DNA of 63,123 bases, the filler included, from Reticulomyxa filosa (taxonomy: Eukaryota; Protista; Foraminifera): the NCBI GenBank assembly GCA_000512085.1. It is 18 parts of 18 records of this genome, joined end to end, with 100 filler letters (N's around TTAATTAATTAA, not from the genome) between each part and the next. Parts side by side here need not be neighbours in the genome. Positions count along the whole stretch, not along the records: positions 11,771 to 16,844 come from ASPP01002990.1; positions 16,945 to 20,648 come from ASPP01035923.1; positions 20,749 to 22,243 come from ASPP01037397.1; positions 22,344 to 24,374 come from ASPP01045991.1; positions 24,475 to 27,695 come from ASPP01008747.1; 13 more parts are not named here. One strand, written 5' to 3'. Position numbers and translations under genes: made by a program. Positions 11,671 through 25,370 of the stretch are shown here, piece after piece; position 1 is the stretch's first letter, and every line of letters begins with the position of its first letter. The notes beneath the pieces were generated by a model that had not been told where the DNA came from, did no database searches, and worked only from the letters and a program-made list of their open reading frames with translations.

Positions 11671-12384
11671 NNNNNNNNNNNNNNNNNNNNNNNNNNNNNN
11701 NNNNNNNNNNNNNNTTAATTAATTAANNNNNNNNNNNNNNNNNNNNNNNNNNNNNNNNNNNNNNNNNNNNAAATTTTTTAATCTTTTTGTTTTCATTTTA
11801 GGAATCTTCAAGTTGAGTGGATACTTTTTTAAAAAGATTAACCTTGTATCTCACAGTGGTTCAATTAGTTTTTTAGCTGTCGATTGTAATTTCGTTTGCT
11901 GAAATTTATTTCTTGGAACAAATTTCAGCAAAACAAAAGTGAATAAGAAAAGAAAAAACATACCAAAAGGAAGAACGAAACAAACAAGGAAAGTTTGTAT
12001 ATAAATTTTTAGAAAAAGGATTTTCAGAGCCACTTGAACTTTGAAAATACGTTTTTGTACCCGCAGCGAATATTTTAATAAAAATATTGACTTGATCAGT
12101 TCTTTTTACTATAAACAAAAATTTTACAAGTTTGCGAATCATCATGGCAATCGCTAACTCCAGAAAGTTAATTCTGCAAGGCCTCACAAATAAGGAATAA
12201 GATGTCTACTGGTTTTCAGAAAAGTATTTTTGCCTATTAACGTGTTCATCAAAACAAAGAGTAGAACACTTCACTTTGTGATCTACACAAAGGAGAATTA
12301 AGCTCAAGGAGCGGACACAAATCCAACGTCTTCTTTGGAATAAGGAAACAGTCACTAAGTTGTTTAAAAACATTATATTACTTT

Positions 12385-14308
12385 TTAGTCTAATTCAAGA
12401 CCATCAAATTCCGTCACCAAAGATTCATCTTTTATTTTGTCATCTGTAGATTCAATATTTTCCGCAAGTCCTTTTTCGTTATTGCCATCAGATTTATCAT
12501 ATTTTTCATCTTCATCGGCTGACTTTCTTTCGGTTTTGTTCTCCTCTTTCTTCTTGTGTACGCTTTTGCTACCAGTATCCGATTTCAAATACACCTCACA
12601 TTCAAAAGACATGTTGACAGGTGCATGTTCGTCAGTCATTTCTTTGCTCGGTGGTAGTTCAGGTCGTTGTTTCAGTGTGTAAGTTCCTCGATACACTGTA
12701 GGTGTCGATTTGTCTTTGTCCAGTATCCACTCTTCCTCTTGCACCAATATTGAGAGAGAGTCGGGTGATGGCATTCCAAATTGCATTTGTTCTTGGAATT
12801 TCAATTGTTCCTCTTCAGACTACCAACACATTAAAAAAAAAAAATGAAAAATAAAACCAAAAGTAAAAAAATATGTATAGATTTACCATCAATGGCATTT
12901 CTGTTCGCCCTTTGACATGGATTTTTTCATCAAACCAAGGGCCATTCAACATTATAGGATTTTCACCAAAGCTAACAGCTTGACACAATCCTCCCATTCG
13001 TTTGATGTGGACATGTTCACAATTGGGCACATCTTCCCATTCCGCATCGCCTTGTTTTTTAATTTCCTCCAACAGTTCTGTTCGTTTTCCTTCAAAGGGA
13101 CCACAATCAACGTCTTTAAATTTGACACGAACTTTTTCAACATTGAACAAATTCCTTTGATGTTTGTAGAGTGCATCCCCCAAAAAAACAGACAACTTAG
13201 CGCCAGTGGATAACAAACAGAGTAAGAGAGTGATCAGAAAAAAGGAACACAAAGCAAGCAAATAAAAAGTATAGCAAAAACAAACCATTCCATTTCTTGT
13301 GGAGATTTTCTTTTTTGATTGTGTAATTTGTGTTCCTTTGCCAACTCATAAATCAATGAAAAATCGGGAATCGGCAATTGTAAAGACATTGCATGAAGTT
13401 GCTGTTATCAACACATAAAAGTACATTCCCCATAAAAAAATTACGCAAATGTGGGAATATTCCCTCCTGCACTTCTCATTTCTCCTCCCACCCCCTTTTT
13501 TAAATTTTTTCCTTTTTTATAAAAAAAAAAAAAAAAAAAGAAGACAATCAAAACAAACCTCCAAACCTCCTGGAGTTTGCTCGACTTTATCACCCAATTG
13601 AAACATCGCCTTCCAATCACCTAAAAATGGTGCAGCTGTGAATGCCACCATGACTTCCTCTTCGCTCATTTGTCGTTTCATCAAGTCATCAAATGCTTCT
13701 TCCAATTTGAACGAGTCTTCCAGTCTTTGGGCAACTTCGATCTTCAAAATTCTTGCTGTTTGAGCAGCTGTTGAATTGCCTTTGACGTCCAGTAGTTTCC
13801 ATCCCAATTCCATATCCTGCCTCTGTGCAGCTTTAAATTCTTCCATCACATCCATGTCAAGTTGAGTGTTGCCGCCACCCATTCGCGTCATCTGTCCATC
13901 CATACCCGATGGATCTGAAGGCGTACCCATTATCATTGCCTTGCGGGTGTGGTACATTGTCATGAACTATTTTTTTTTTTTCCCAAGGGAAATTTTCAAT
14001 TTTTTTGTCTCCCTTTTTTTAAAAGAAAAGATTTCAGAAAGAGGTTGGATAATGGCCAATGATCTTATTTAGGAAGTAGGAATGAAAAGAGAAACAAAAA
14101 AAAACTCTAGAAAACCTCAGACTGCGCGCTGTTGCGAAACAACCGCATTCATAACGTGGCAAGAAGCAAGCTTAAGCTTATCATTCGTTTGGGCTGGGTT
14201 CAATGCTCGAATTTTCGACAGTACCGACTCAATTTTGCCTTCGTTACCTGCTGCTTCTTGGTCAGACATAATATTGGTTATTTCTGCTAGTAATTTTTCT
14301 TGGGACAT
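12385..14308 (-). CDS. Hypothetical multi-exon protein with acidic C-terminal tail
   Basis: ORF blocks 14117-14308, 13517-13963, 12815-13288 and 12385-12804 share a strand and are separated by homopolymer-rich introns. No family recognised. Confidence 0.6.
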
Positions 14309-14679
14309 GATGAGTTATTCTTCAGCTATTTGACAGGAATCGATCAATTTGTATAACAAGTTCAACAAATGGGGGAAGACGTCGGGTTGTTCGTAGCTAA
14401 AAATCCAAGTTGTGAAATAGTCAAATTTTCACAACAACACTGGATCGGTGTAAAAGACTGTATTACAAAAAAATGACACATTTTGAAAATAAGTCACTTG
14501 CTTGTTGTAACAAAGTTATACTGTGCTAGATTATTTTAAACCAATCGTACATGGCTTTCAAAAAAGAAAAAAAATTATTTATTTGCGTCTCATCCATATG
14601 ACACAAGGACGCTCGAAGAAAAAAAAAATTACGCAAATGAAGACAATAAAGAAAAAATCAAATTAAGTGTATAAGTAGT

Positions 14680-16735
14680 TTATTTATTTGCAAATTGATC
14701 TTCTTCGATCAAGGATTTTTTTTCAACCAAAGCAATTTCGAACATGTTTGATTCACCTTTTCCTTTACGCAGAATGTTTTTTGCGCATTCGCATGCAGCA
14801 AAAGCTCCCCAAAAGAGAAGAGCATAGATACAATAAGCATACAAATATCCTGCGTGATAATTGGACTTATCTAAGCCTAAATAAATGTTAAACATGCCCG
14901 CGATTACGAACACATAACCAGTAATATTATGCAAATATTTGAGTCGAAACTCGGTTTTGACGCGAATGGTGGAGTGGTTGTAATCCATTGCCGATTTGAA
15001 GCAATACAACCAGGATAATAAAGAATAAATACCAATGAAAAACAGCAACAACATACCAATTCTGGCATGGAGTGACCGTTTGATGTCTCCATGTAGCGCT
15101 GCCAATTTAATGAAAAATCCAACAATTGCCAAGAAATATCCAAGTGATGCTAATCCTCGATGTAATTGCAACGTATATTTGTGCCTATGACGTACACATA
15201 CAAATAAACATATGTATATGTTTACATATATGCATACATATTACATATATAAGAGAACCAGCAAATTTCAAATCGCAAAGCATATCGTTTGATAAATGTC
15301 GACATTGGCATTAGTACGCCAAAAGCCATGATCATTAAGATGGCATGTTCCGAGTCTTGAAAGCCTTCATACTCTGTCTCAACTGTTTTTAGCGATCCCC
15401 CTCCCGACGTCAGATCCAAGATAACAGTGCCGTAGTTGCTTCCGTGAAAATTAAGTTCCAACGAGGACGAGCCCCACGAATACATAATCTCCAACTCATT
15501 ACTGTTAAAGTCAATGGCCACGTCGTCACTATCGCCCGTGTCCAGCAGTCGAGCCACGCGAATATATCGACGCGTTACATTTCGAATGCTATCTTCCTCG
15601 ATCACATAGTCATTTTCGGAGTCTTTTGTCACCAGTGATGTCGTCTCTCCACCCAATTTGAAATCATAAGGGTTTTGAGGATCGTTTGTGTACCCTGTTA
15701 ACACGTACGTGAGAGAGAGAGAGCGAAAAGCACACACAAAAAACAATATACCAAGTTTGATTTTTAAAAAAATTCATTTGTGGCTCTTATTTATCTCTGT
15801 CTTTCTCCCTCCCTTTTCTTTTTTAAAAAAAAAAAGGGCGATGAAGGGACAGCAATAACATGAAACGTGCCAACATACCCACATACCCACCCAGTCACAA
15901 CCAATCAAATAAACAGACAAACAAATGAATAAACAAAAAAAGGACCGGTAGTATAAATGAGGGCATCTCCGGTAAAATGTCCACCCCATCCAATTGCAAA
16001 CCAACTGTCCAAAGGCCCATACACTTCAAATGTCACATGCGTTCGATTCATATATAACCCTAACGACAAAGTCCCTTTCACGATATCTGTCACACGGAAG
16101 CTCTTTTCGGTGGCGTTGGATGGAGGCGCAGGCACCGGAGTTGGGCTTTTGGTGGGCGAAATCGAAGGTGGCGTCGGACTTGAAGTAAGCAGCGTAGTTT
16201 TGTTACCAGTGACAACACTCCACTGCAAATTCACAGCGCCGCGCTGAGTGCTGGAGGAGCCATGGTCTGACAATTGCAAACTCGCTGATTGAGATTTCGC
16301 CCAAATCATTGGTAATGTCGTATCTCCGTAGTTCAAGACAAAGTCTCCGGAAGTGTCACCTAACATACATCACACATACAATTGACATATACGTATTATT
16401 ATTATTATTTTTTTTTTTTTTTTATTTGTTCCAAAAAAAAAAAAAATTATAAACAAAAAAAGGGTAAAAGATATATATTTATAAAAAAAAAATCCAGTGT
16501 CTAACGCTCTCCACGCCTCAATTGTACGTAAGCTATTAGCAACGGTGTTAGACAAAACGTTCCAGTCTTGTTTGGAATCCAAGACACAGTTTGAGGAATC
16601 ATAGCCATTAAAGTAATAGTCGTACAAGTTTTCGGTTAGGTCTCCTTGCGTTCCAGTTGTGTAACAAGCACCATCTGCTTTGGTCATCGTTGTGCCAAAT
16701 GCAAATCCAAAGTACCGATCAGATGGTCCACTTTT
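14680..16735 (-). CDS. Tandem DOMON + cytochrome b561 protein (CYBDOM / ferric-chelate reductase-like), 5' partial
   Basis: DOMON1: YFGFAFGTTMTKADG...WRALDTG...MIWA...SDHG. DOMON2: WFAIGWGGHFTGDALI...ARLLDTGD...MYSWG...NFHG. b561 with four His ligands: HAILMIMAFGVLMP, LHRGL, LHARIG, LHNITG. Confidence 0.9.
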
Positions 16736-16810
16736 TCAAAATTTAAGTAATTCCCAATTTTTTTTTTTTTTTTTTTTTCAAAATAAAAAAAAACTCATTG
16801 CTTTTTTTTT

Positions 16811-16844
<34 letters not shown>

Positions 16845-17169
16845 NNNNNNNNNNNNNNNNNNNNNNNNNNNNNNNNNNNNNNNNNNNNTTAATTAATTAA
16901 NNNNNNNNNNNNNNNNNNNNNNNNNNNNNNNNNNNNNNNNNNNNACATTAAAACAACATCCAACAACAATCAAGTACTTATTTTTTTTATTTTTTTTTCT
17001 AAAAATAAATAAATAAATCATACAACTGTTTCTAGATTCTATGCAATGATTTTTTGTTGCCAAGCGTTTTTCATACTTTACTCTCATATTATGTTTGTCA
17101 CATAACGTCAACGAGCAAGTATCCATTGTGTTGAAACGTATACAAATATGATAACACAAGATAAGTCGA

Positions 17170-20100
17170 GTTGTTTTTTTTTTGTCGTTATTGTAAATTT
17201 GGAAATATTTTTTCCATCGCAGTTATTGGTCCACCAATCATCGAGTTCGATTCCCAATATTTCTTTATCACAATTAAAATCAATCCAATTCAACTTTGAT
17301 GTTTTTGCTTCTTGTGTCGATCATATCATTGTCACCGTCGGCAACTCCCGTAACATTGGCTTTTCTGTCATGAGCCCCCTGCGAACATTGAGGAACTCCA
17401 AAACGACCACTTCTTCACCTTTGCTAAATTTCAATGAATTTGACATCGCTAATTTTGCCACGAGCTCAGTCCCAAGCAGTGAAGTCCATACTCAAACTTT
17501 CGTATCCATCTTGTCAATGTGAACGGGAAAAGAGTTCTTCAAATACAATTCTTTGCAGAGGGCTGCCGCTCATCTAACTCAATACCAATGACAATTTGAT
17601 CTTTGGAGAAATCGATTTTTTTTCTAAAAAGCCAACGGTTCCAATCGCACCGTTTCTTGTTCGGACATAGTCTCCGATTAAAGGTATTGATCGTTGGTGG
17701 CAGCATCTGATGGCATTTTCCAGTTAAATAATGGAGTCATGTTTTCTTCTTTCACTCACAAATGTCTATTTTCTTTCTTTTTATTACTGTTACAATTTCA
17801 CCTTCATCGTCGTTTGTCTTGTACGTATTCTGGTCTTTACCACTCACCGTTGAATTTCGTCATGCTTTGCAAATAGCCATCTTTTTTTTATGCGGATCCT
17901 CACGGTATTGGAGATTGCTTTTCTGTACGCAAAATATCCATTGGACATAGGATACATCAAACACTTTTTCGCCTTGCTTCCATCTTTTGTATTTTCATCC
18001 CACGAGTCGAGTCTTGACCACAAAAACAAAAACAAATTAATTATAAATAATAACAAGTATACATATAAACATGTACATATTTATTTTTTTGTTTGTTATT
18101 ACAAACCAGAAGTAACACAAAATCCAATGCAAATAATTTTATTAGTGCCAGTTGTTTTGGTGGTTACAATGAAACGAATGACACCATTTGGCGACGTGAA
18201 AACCGAATTGTATCTACGACTTTCAAATGAAGCGAGTCGTTTTGAGAGTTTACAATTGCAGTGTAGATTCTAAGTTTTCAACGAAGTCGGATATGAAATA
18301 TCCACGTCACTACATACGATCAAAATACGTAATGCCATTGACACTGGAGTTCGAGCTGGATCTGTGGAACCCCATTCAATGATGGAGGGAAGTTACAATT
18401 AGTATTCCTCTTCATTATTGGACGTATTCATTCCTTGATGTTATTGCGTGCCATAGTTCAACGATTTTTGATTAATACGCGATTTATGATTTAAAACTCA
18501 CATCGACTCGAATCCAACTAAGAAAATAAAAATTGTCGATCTTTACCCATTTTTCTCCAAATACTGGGAAAATGCAACGAATACAAAGTATTATCGCATC
18601 CAACACGTTGTCGTAGTCCGTATTCGATTTCAGAGACTGCCAGATAAGCGCCGATATCTTTTGCCGAATAATGTAAGTCACGAGACTCTTATTGATGATC
18701 GAAGAAAAAATATAGAGTGGCTGTTTACATTTTCTGACTCCATCATCAATACTTATGCTACTCACGAGATCACCATTCCTTCTATCAGCAGCACTCACGA
18801 CTCGAAACCCAAGTTGCGAATATGCGCACGCACACAAACAGTCTCGGCAAGAATAGTTTCATTTCTATAACAACCTTGTTCGTTGAAGCTGATAGGTTGC
18901 AGTTCGATACATGTCCGGAAACGTAAAGTCGCCACTCGCAGGCGTGAAGAGCCAATAACCGAACTCATCCAATCTGGTAAACCAGTTTTTTTAAAAAAAA
19001 TCCAACGCGACATGATTTCAATGTTCTTCATCCTCCTACTAATCATCTTTTCTTCTTGCTTGCCTATGTATAGACGGATTTCGCCACAACTTCTCAACTA
19101 AATTGAACCACTCTCACATGGAGCGGTTCTCCCGATGTGGTGGTTTTCTCGATCGTGATGTGGACATTTTTTAGCAACTTCTCCTCCTTCCACTTTTTTC
19201 TTCCTTGCATTATACTTTTTCTCTGCCGCCATTGCAACATCACAATGTCGGCATCATTCCTACTTTGCGCATATTATCCTATTTTTTTTTCTTCTTGTAA
19301 GTTTGATTTTGTCGTTTTGCGGCCAAGAGCTCCATCGTCCAGATTGAACTGATGATATCTTATCCACTAGAGCTGATGGACTTCGTACTTGATGACATCG
19401 CCCTTGAAATGACAAACATGATTTACGCGGATATTTCTAACGTTGCAATTGGCGATCTGACTAGCGATGGATTATCGTTATTATTATTTTTTTTTCATTC
19501 TTGGGCGCATTCACTTCTTCTATCGGCATATGCACGATCCAAACTTCAAAAATGCGGATGTGCGCACGCATACCACCAGTTTCCGTTGTTTTTTTTGCGC
19601 TTATAAAATTAGCGCAATTTCCATAACAATTGACTGAGTTTCGCTAACTCCTCCACCACTTTGCACGATATTTGTACCAACGACTCCTTCCATTAGCACA
19701 TGCACACCAAAGTTGCAAATATGCTCGACACATAACCATTTTCTATTGTTTCCCTGCGTTGATCAACTTAGCGCTATTATTATAACGACTAATTTTTACT
19801 TGTTTTTTGGCGCGTTAGATCTTATCTTGACGTTTTTGATTATTTGCCATACCAATAATTGTTTGTATGCGCCGACGTTGCTGGAGATCAAATTTTTCAA
19901 ATGTTTGTGTTTGCCAAACTCATTCTGCACTTTCATTGGGACGTAATTGGAAGGTAGTCCATATTTCAACAAGTCAACGGCGATTTCGTCGATCACTGAG
20001 CAAAAAATAAAGATATTGGATCTTGTTCGGCAAACTGAAGCACGAGATTATTACTATCACTACACAAACTAAAAATCAAATTCACGTATACGATATTGCG
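17170..20100 (-). pseudogene. Long decayed coding region with a CAP-Gly-like remnant near its 3' end
   Basis: About 3 kb of coding-like composition broken by many stops and frameshifts. 17200-17300 reads DFNCDKEILGIELDDWWTNNCDGK, resembling the CAP-Gly motif GIELD...xxDG. Confidence 0.45.
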
Positions 20101-20935
20101 ACCAGTCTATGATAATCGCTACCTTTCAATAAATAAAATTGGCGCAAATTCAACAAATGTCGGCTTCACTTGATATCTGCCGGCGCCAATGAATATGTTT
20201 GCTGCTGTTGCTTTGCTCTTCTTCATCACTTTTTCTTTTACTTTTTTCCTCTTTTTTTTTCTTTTTATCTTTCTTTTATTTTTTTTTCTCATTTTAATCT
20301 TTTTTTTTTTTCCACTTTGTCATTTTTTTAATTTTTTTTTATTTTTAATTTTCTAATTCTTTTTTTAAATTTTTTCTTTCTTAAATAAAATTTTTTTACA
20401 ATTTTTCCCACCTTTTTTTTCCCTTCATCCCACCCTTTTTTCCCTTCATCCCACCCTATATTTTTTCCCCAAGTTTTCCCTATCCCTCTCACTCAAATAA
20501 AAAATATAAAATATAAAATAAAAACAAAAAAAACTTCCAATTGATCGATCTTGACTCCTATCAACATATCGACAAAATAAAGAATTTTTCATTTAAAAAA
20601 AAAAAACATACAAACAAAACTTGACTTCGGAGCTAAAAGCTCCAATTCNNNNNNNNNNNNNNNNNNNNNNNNNNNNNNNNNNNNNNNNNNNNTTAATTAA
20701 TTAANNNNNNNNNNNNNNNNNNNNNNNNNNNNNNNNNNNNNNNNNNNNTCTTAAATGAATTGCTCAAAGATCAATTTGCTGTAGATTCTGAAAAAGGATT
20801 GACATATTTTATCCTGTATATTCAAATATTCATATATCTCATTTGTTTATTTTTTTAATAAATAAAAAAAACTCAAAAGATGAATTAAATAAATTTGATG
20901 ATTATGAAATAAAACCAAAAATATTTTAAAATTTA

Positions 20936-21212
20936 TCATTTAATGTATTTGATAATAATTTGATCAAAATCATTGATCCATCCTAATTTTATCATTTATT
21001 ACTTATTATTTATTATTTGTTAATCAGTGTTATACAATACAATTTATTTATGTTTCATTAAGATAAATAGATAAATAAATATGAATGATCACATACACAC
21101 ACTTTAGTCTTCGTATGGTTGGTATTATTTTCCTTTTCCTCCAATGATATGTATATCATTGTCTTCTTTATTCAACCTCTCAATGGACTGGGTAAAGTGT
21201 TTTCAAATGTCA
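20936..21212 (-). pseudogene. 3' remnant of a kelch-family paralogue
   Basis: Reads TFENTLPSPL~LNKEDNDIHIIGG~KTKVCVCDHS, then IKLGWINDFDQIIIKYIK*, collinear with the 3' end of the intact kelch gene at 42567-43875. Confidence 0.8.
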
Positions 21213-22057
21213 CACATATGTATATTCAAAGAAATTGAAAATTGTTACCACATTTTTACAAAACAACAAATGATTATTGCTTCAATTAATTACTGCACGC
21301 ACTCCTTCATAATTATCATTATCTCTTCTAATGATAATTGGATTGATTTTGTAATTGCTTAATTCATTTCATTTGAAAGGAAAAAAGTTAAAACAAATAA
21401 GTAATCAGAGCGAGAATATTTATTTGTATTGTATATAATTAAATGAATAAAGCAAAGTTTTAATTTATGATCAAAAAAGAAACTACTCACAAATGAGCAA
21501 AGTAATAGGTAATAGTTTCGAGAAATTGTAGAAACAATTTTATTGTAAGAAACAGCAGAAGACAAACAATAATTTCCTCTCTCTTAAAATGACTTTATTT
21601 TACTTCAGCATTATTCAGATATTTTAAAATAATATTGGATAAAACAAAAATTAAAACCCTCAAAATAAACTGATTCTATTGTTTGATGAATTTTTTATAA
21701 TTGTTTTTGATAAAAGAAAAAAAGAATTATACTTGATAAAAATGCAACTGTCTCCTTCTCCCTTAAAAGTATCTGTTTTAATTTTCGTATACAAAGGGTA
21801 TTTTAAAATACATACTTTTTATTAGTCCTAGAATGTTTTTCTTCTTGTGGCAATATCAACTAAATATAGTTGGCATTGTTATTGTCCTATTCAACACTAT
21901 TCAACAATATCCACACAATATGATATCTATCAAACGTCAAAATTTCACATTATTGTCCATTTTTTTTTCACCTTCTTGCTCGTCAGTTACGTAATTCAAT
22001 TTTTAAGCGCTCAAACAAAAAAAAAAAGGGTATTCTTTTGCAGTTGACTTCATCATC

Positions 22058-22186
22058 ATGCTTACACAACTTCAACAGACATTCCCCGAGATTAATCAAG
22101 AGATCATTTCAGATGTATTGGAAGTATCTGAGCAAGATGCTGGAAAGACAAAGGATGTCTTAACATGGCTAACAGAGAACACGTAA
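22058..22186 (+). CDS. CUE-like ubiquitin-binding domain exon (gene truncated by contig end)
   Basis: MLTQLQQTFPEINQEIISDVLEVSEQDAGKTKDVLTWL matches the CUE pattern L..mFP.l....I..vL. It is below the ORF-track length cutoff. Confidence 0.6.
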   Translation: MLTQLQQTFPEINQEIISDVLEVSEQDAGKTKDVLTWLTENT

Positions 22187-22343
22187 TAATCAATTTCTGT
22201 TCTTTTTTTACTAACAAAAAATATTTTTTAACAAATCATTGCTNNNNNNNNNNNNNNNNNNNNNNNNNNNNNNNNNNNNNNNNNNNNTTAATTAATTAAN
22301 NNNNNNNNNNNNNNNNNNNNNNNNNNNNNNNNNNNNNNNNNNN

Positions 22344-22378
<35 letters not shown>

Positions 22379-22390
22379 ACTGTTCTCAAG

Positions 22391-24351
22391 ATTATCACTG
22401 TCGATCTAGACGAGAATATCATAAGCGTAAGCGAGGACGGTGGACGTCGTAAACGTCCCATTCACACGCTGCAAGGCTCGTTGTGTCACTGCAACGACAC
22501 TCGTCACGTCCATATATCCGAAACCCATCATATCCCCAAAACATGGCGGGCAATGCTTCGTAACGATCTCGAACGGTGCGTTTCGTTAATGGTCGGCGGA
22601 GACTTTGCGAGTATTCGAGACGTTGCCACCGCCTGCGGGGGCGTCATCCCTTCGAGTGGCACCGGCGGCAGCAGCGGCGCAAGTGGCGGCGTGAGTGGAA
22701 GCGGAGACAGCTTTGGCGATGACGATGACGACGTAGGGGACGTGCTGTTGCTGGACAGTGCAGAAGAGCACTTTGATGTGCAGCAAGTGCGAATTGCTTT
22801 CTTGCAGTTCTTTGTGCGCATTTGTCGAAATTATCGAGCCTTTGTAGAGTACACGGAAACCAAAAATCTCACCATGCGATTTCGCTCGCAAGACTTTCTT
22901 GCGTCGTTCCCCGAAAACGAACGAGTTTATCCACTTTTTGCACATGATTTCTATTCAAACAAAGCTTTTTTTGAAACTTTACATTGTTACTTTTTTTTAA
23001 TTAAAAAAAAAAAAAAATTAATAATAATAATGATAGGTTTTCGTTGCAGATTTGCTGAGAACTGAACAATGGGCATCTTTTATTGAAAAGAGGTGATGTT
23101 ATTGCTTTGTTTTGTTTTTTTTTTTTTTAAAAAAAAAAAAAAAGAGGGTTAAATCGAAATGTCAATAAATGACGACACGACACAGAACCGGGAACAAACT
23201 ATCGACCAAGTTGTCCAGTGATGTGATCACGTTCGAGTACTGCATTGCTCGGACCGTGGAATCGATGACAGATGCATCACCAATGGCGACAGAGCGCCAA
23301 AAGACCATGAGTGGGGTGTTCCATCGATTGATCGGCTCGGATGGGGGCATCAATGCTGGCAGTAGTGGTAGCAACAGCATCACCAACAATAACAGCAGCA
23401 GCAATAATAATAACAACAATACCAATAGCAGCAGCAACACCGGCAGCAGCAGCAGCAATAATGCTCCCAACGATGGCGTGATCCACCACCACAATCACAG
23501 CAGCAGTCATTCCAATCTGTTTGCAAGTGCGTCGCTATTCAATATCGACGCTGCCTTGGCCACTTTGGGCACCAACTCGCCCACTCAGTCCAGTGCAAAT
23601 GATGTCGCCAATTTGATCGGCCCAATGGAAAAGCGCTTTCATAAAAAAATCGTCTACAAGCCTCTGCCCTTGACTCTGTTGCAAGAACTCAGACAACTGC
23701 ATTTCGAAAACTTGAGCTCCGAAATTTCGCCCTATTTCGTGTTGCCGGCCGATGATAAACCAACCGAAGAGGAATTGAAAGAATGTATGGATATTATGTG
23801 TATATTTGTTTTATGTTTGCTCATTTGCTTGAATCGATATGAATGTAACGCAAAACAAAACAAACATATAAAAAGCACCATATGTTTATGACTACTTTCC
23901 TCGGTTGAACCAGTCCTTATTGAAACAATACCAACGACATGCAAAGCGAAGATTCGTTGCACCCGACATGCCGTCGTTTGAATTGACACTCCAATACGTG
24001 TTTCCAACTCAAAGCGAAGCGGCGAATGGCGCGAGCACACAACAAACCGCAGCGACGGCGCCATTGAGTGCCGAGCAGAAAAAGAAAGAGAAAAGCAAGA
24101 CTCAGTGTATCAATGAACAGTACGACAAGCTATTGCAAGACATAATGGCGTCGTGCAATGTCTCGATCGACCGCATTAAAACATGGAAAGACAAAATCCA
24201 CATCTCTTCGCCATTTGTTCATCAGCGAATTGAATCCACGAGTATGGGTGATTCGATTAATGGGCTTGTCGATAAAGTTTATGAAATGTGGTTTGCTGTG
24301 TTTGGACATTATACCATTAATCGGCTCAGTATTCACACCATTTCGCCTAAG
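22391..24351 (+). CDS. DENN-domain (Rab GEF-like) protein, internal fragment
   Basis: cDENN end IITVDLDENII. dDENN: VRIAFLQFFVRICRNYRAFV...FRSQDFLAS...FVADLLRTEQWASFIEK. Asn/Ser low-complexity insert and GT-AG introns. Confidence 0.8.
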
Positions 24352-24545
24352 AGGTTATCTATATATATGCATATNNNNNNNNNNNNNNNNNNNNNNNNNN
24401 NNNNNNNNNNNNNNNNNNTTAATTAATTAANNNNNNNNNNNNNNNNNNNNNNNNNNNNNNNNNNNNNNNNNNNNTTATTATTATTATTATTATTGTTATT
24501 ATTATTATTATTATTTATTAAAAATGAAAATGATAAAAACAAAAC

Positions 24546-25370
24546 CTCTGCGTGCTTTGAGATGTAATCGGCAAATTCTTTGTGGATGGTTGTGGAGCTG
24601 CGGATTTCTGCGGGCAAATGTGTTCCCATGAAGTCTTCTCCCTCGACATTGGTAGGGGGCAACCCGATGTCGTTGATATTTGTCCCCTTGCGATTTGCGT
24701 CTTCATTTGCGTCGGACATTTCCACGTCTGCCATCGTCGACACAGGCCTATGTTTGGCCTCTCTTCGGATTTCATCCACATGTATTGCACTGGCCATATT
24801 TTCACGAGTTTCCGCAAGTCTCCTGTTTTGTTCAAATCACACATTCAATTATTTTGTTTATATCCCTTTAATGTGTATGTGTGTATTTTTTTTTTTTTTT
24901 TTTACTAAAAAAAAAAAAAAATTCGGAATTGCGGACTAGTATTTAATCTTTTCTCCCCTCCTCTTTTTTTGTTAAAGATCACCAAACGCTAATGCCTCGT
25001 CTCGCTCTTGAGTCAATCTGGCAATAACACGACATGCTGCGTCATATTGGTACAATGCGTGACTCAATTGTTGTCTTATCTCTTCGCAATGCTTTTTCAG
25101 ATTATAAGAATCCAACATCAATTGATCCCACTCGTTTTGAAATGATCGCAGTAATGCTGGAATTGATGAGGCTGTGGGAGGCCTTGGACGAGATGGTGCT
25201 TCGTATCCTTTCACCTCAATCAAATCCTCCACTGTCATGTCTTGTTCCGTCACTGGACATTTTCCGGTCAGTTTTAAATGTTTCCCAATCAAATCTTTTT
25301 CAAATATGTGCCCAGTTTTCTTGGATATAACCGGATGCGTGCATATTTCACGGCTAATGGTGCAATACAT
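24546..25370 (-). CDS. PRP19: Pre-mRNA processing factor 19 (U-box + coiled coil; WD40 part lost at contig end)
   Basis: MYCTIS...PVISKKTGHIFEK...GKCPVT...PRPPTASSIPALLRSFQNEWDQLML...RQQLSHALYQYDAACRVIARL is the diagnostic PRP19 N-terminus. Second exon at ~24823-24546. Confidence 0.96.

Noticed and set aside
20629-20643. GGAGCT-AAA-AGCTCC hairpin as a terminator
   Set aside because: A 6-bp stem is expected by chance, the context is eukaryotic, and it lies at a contig edge.
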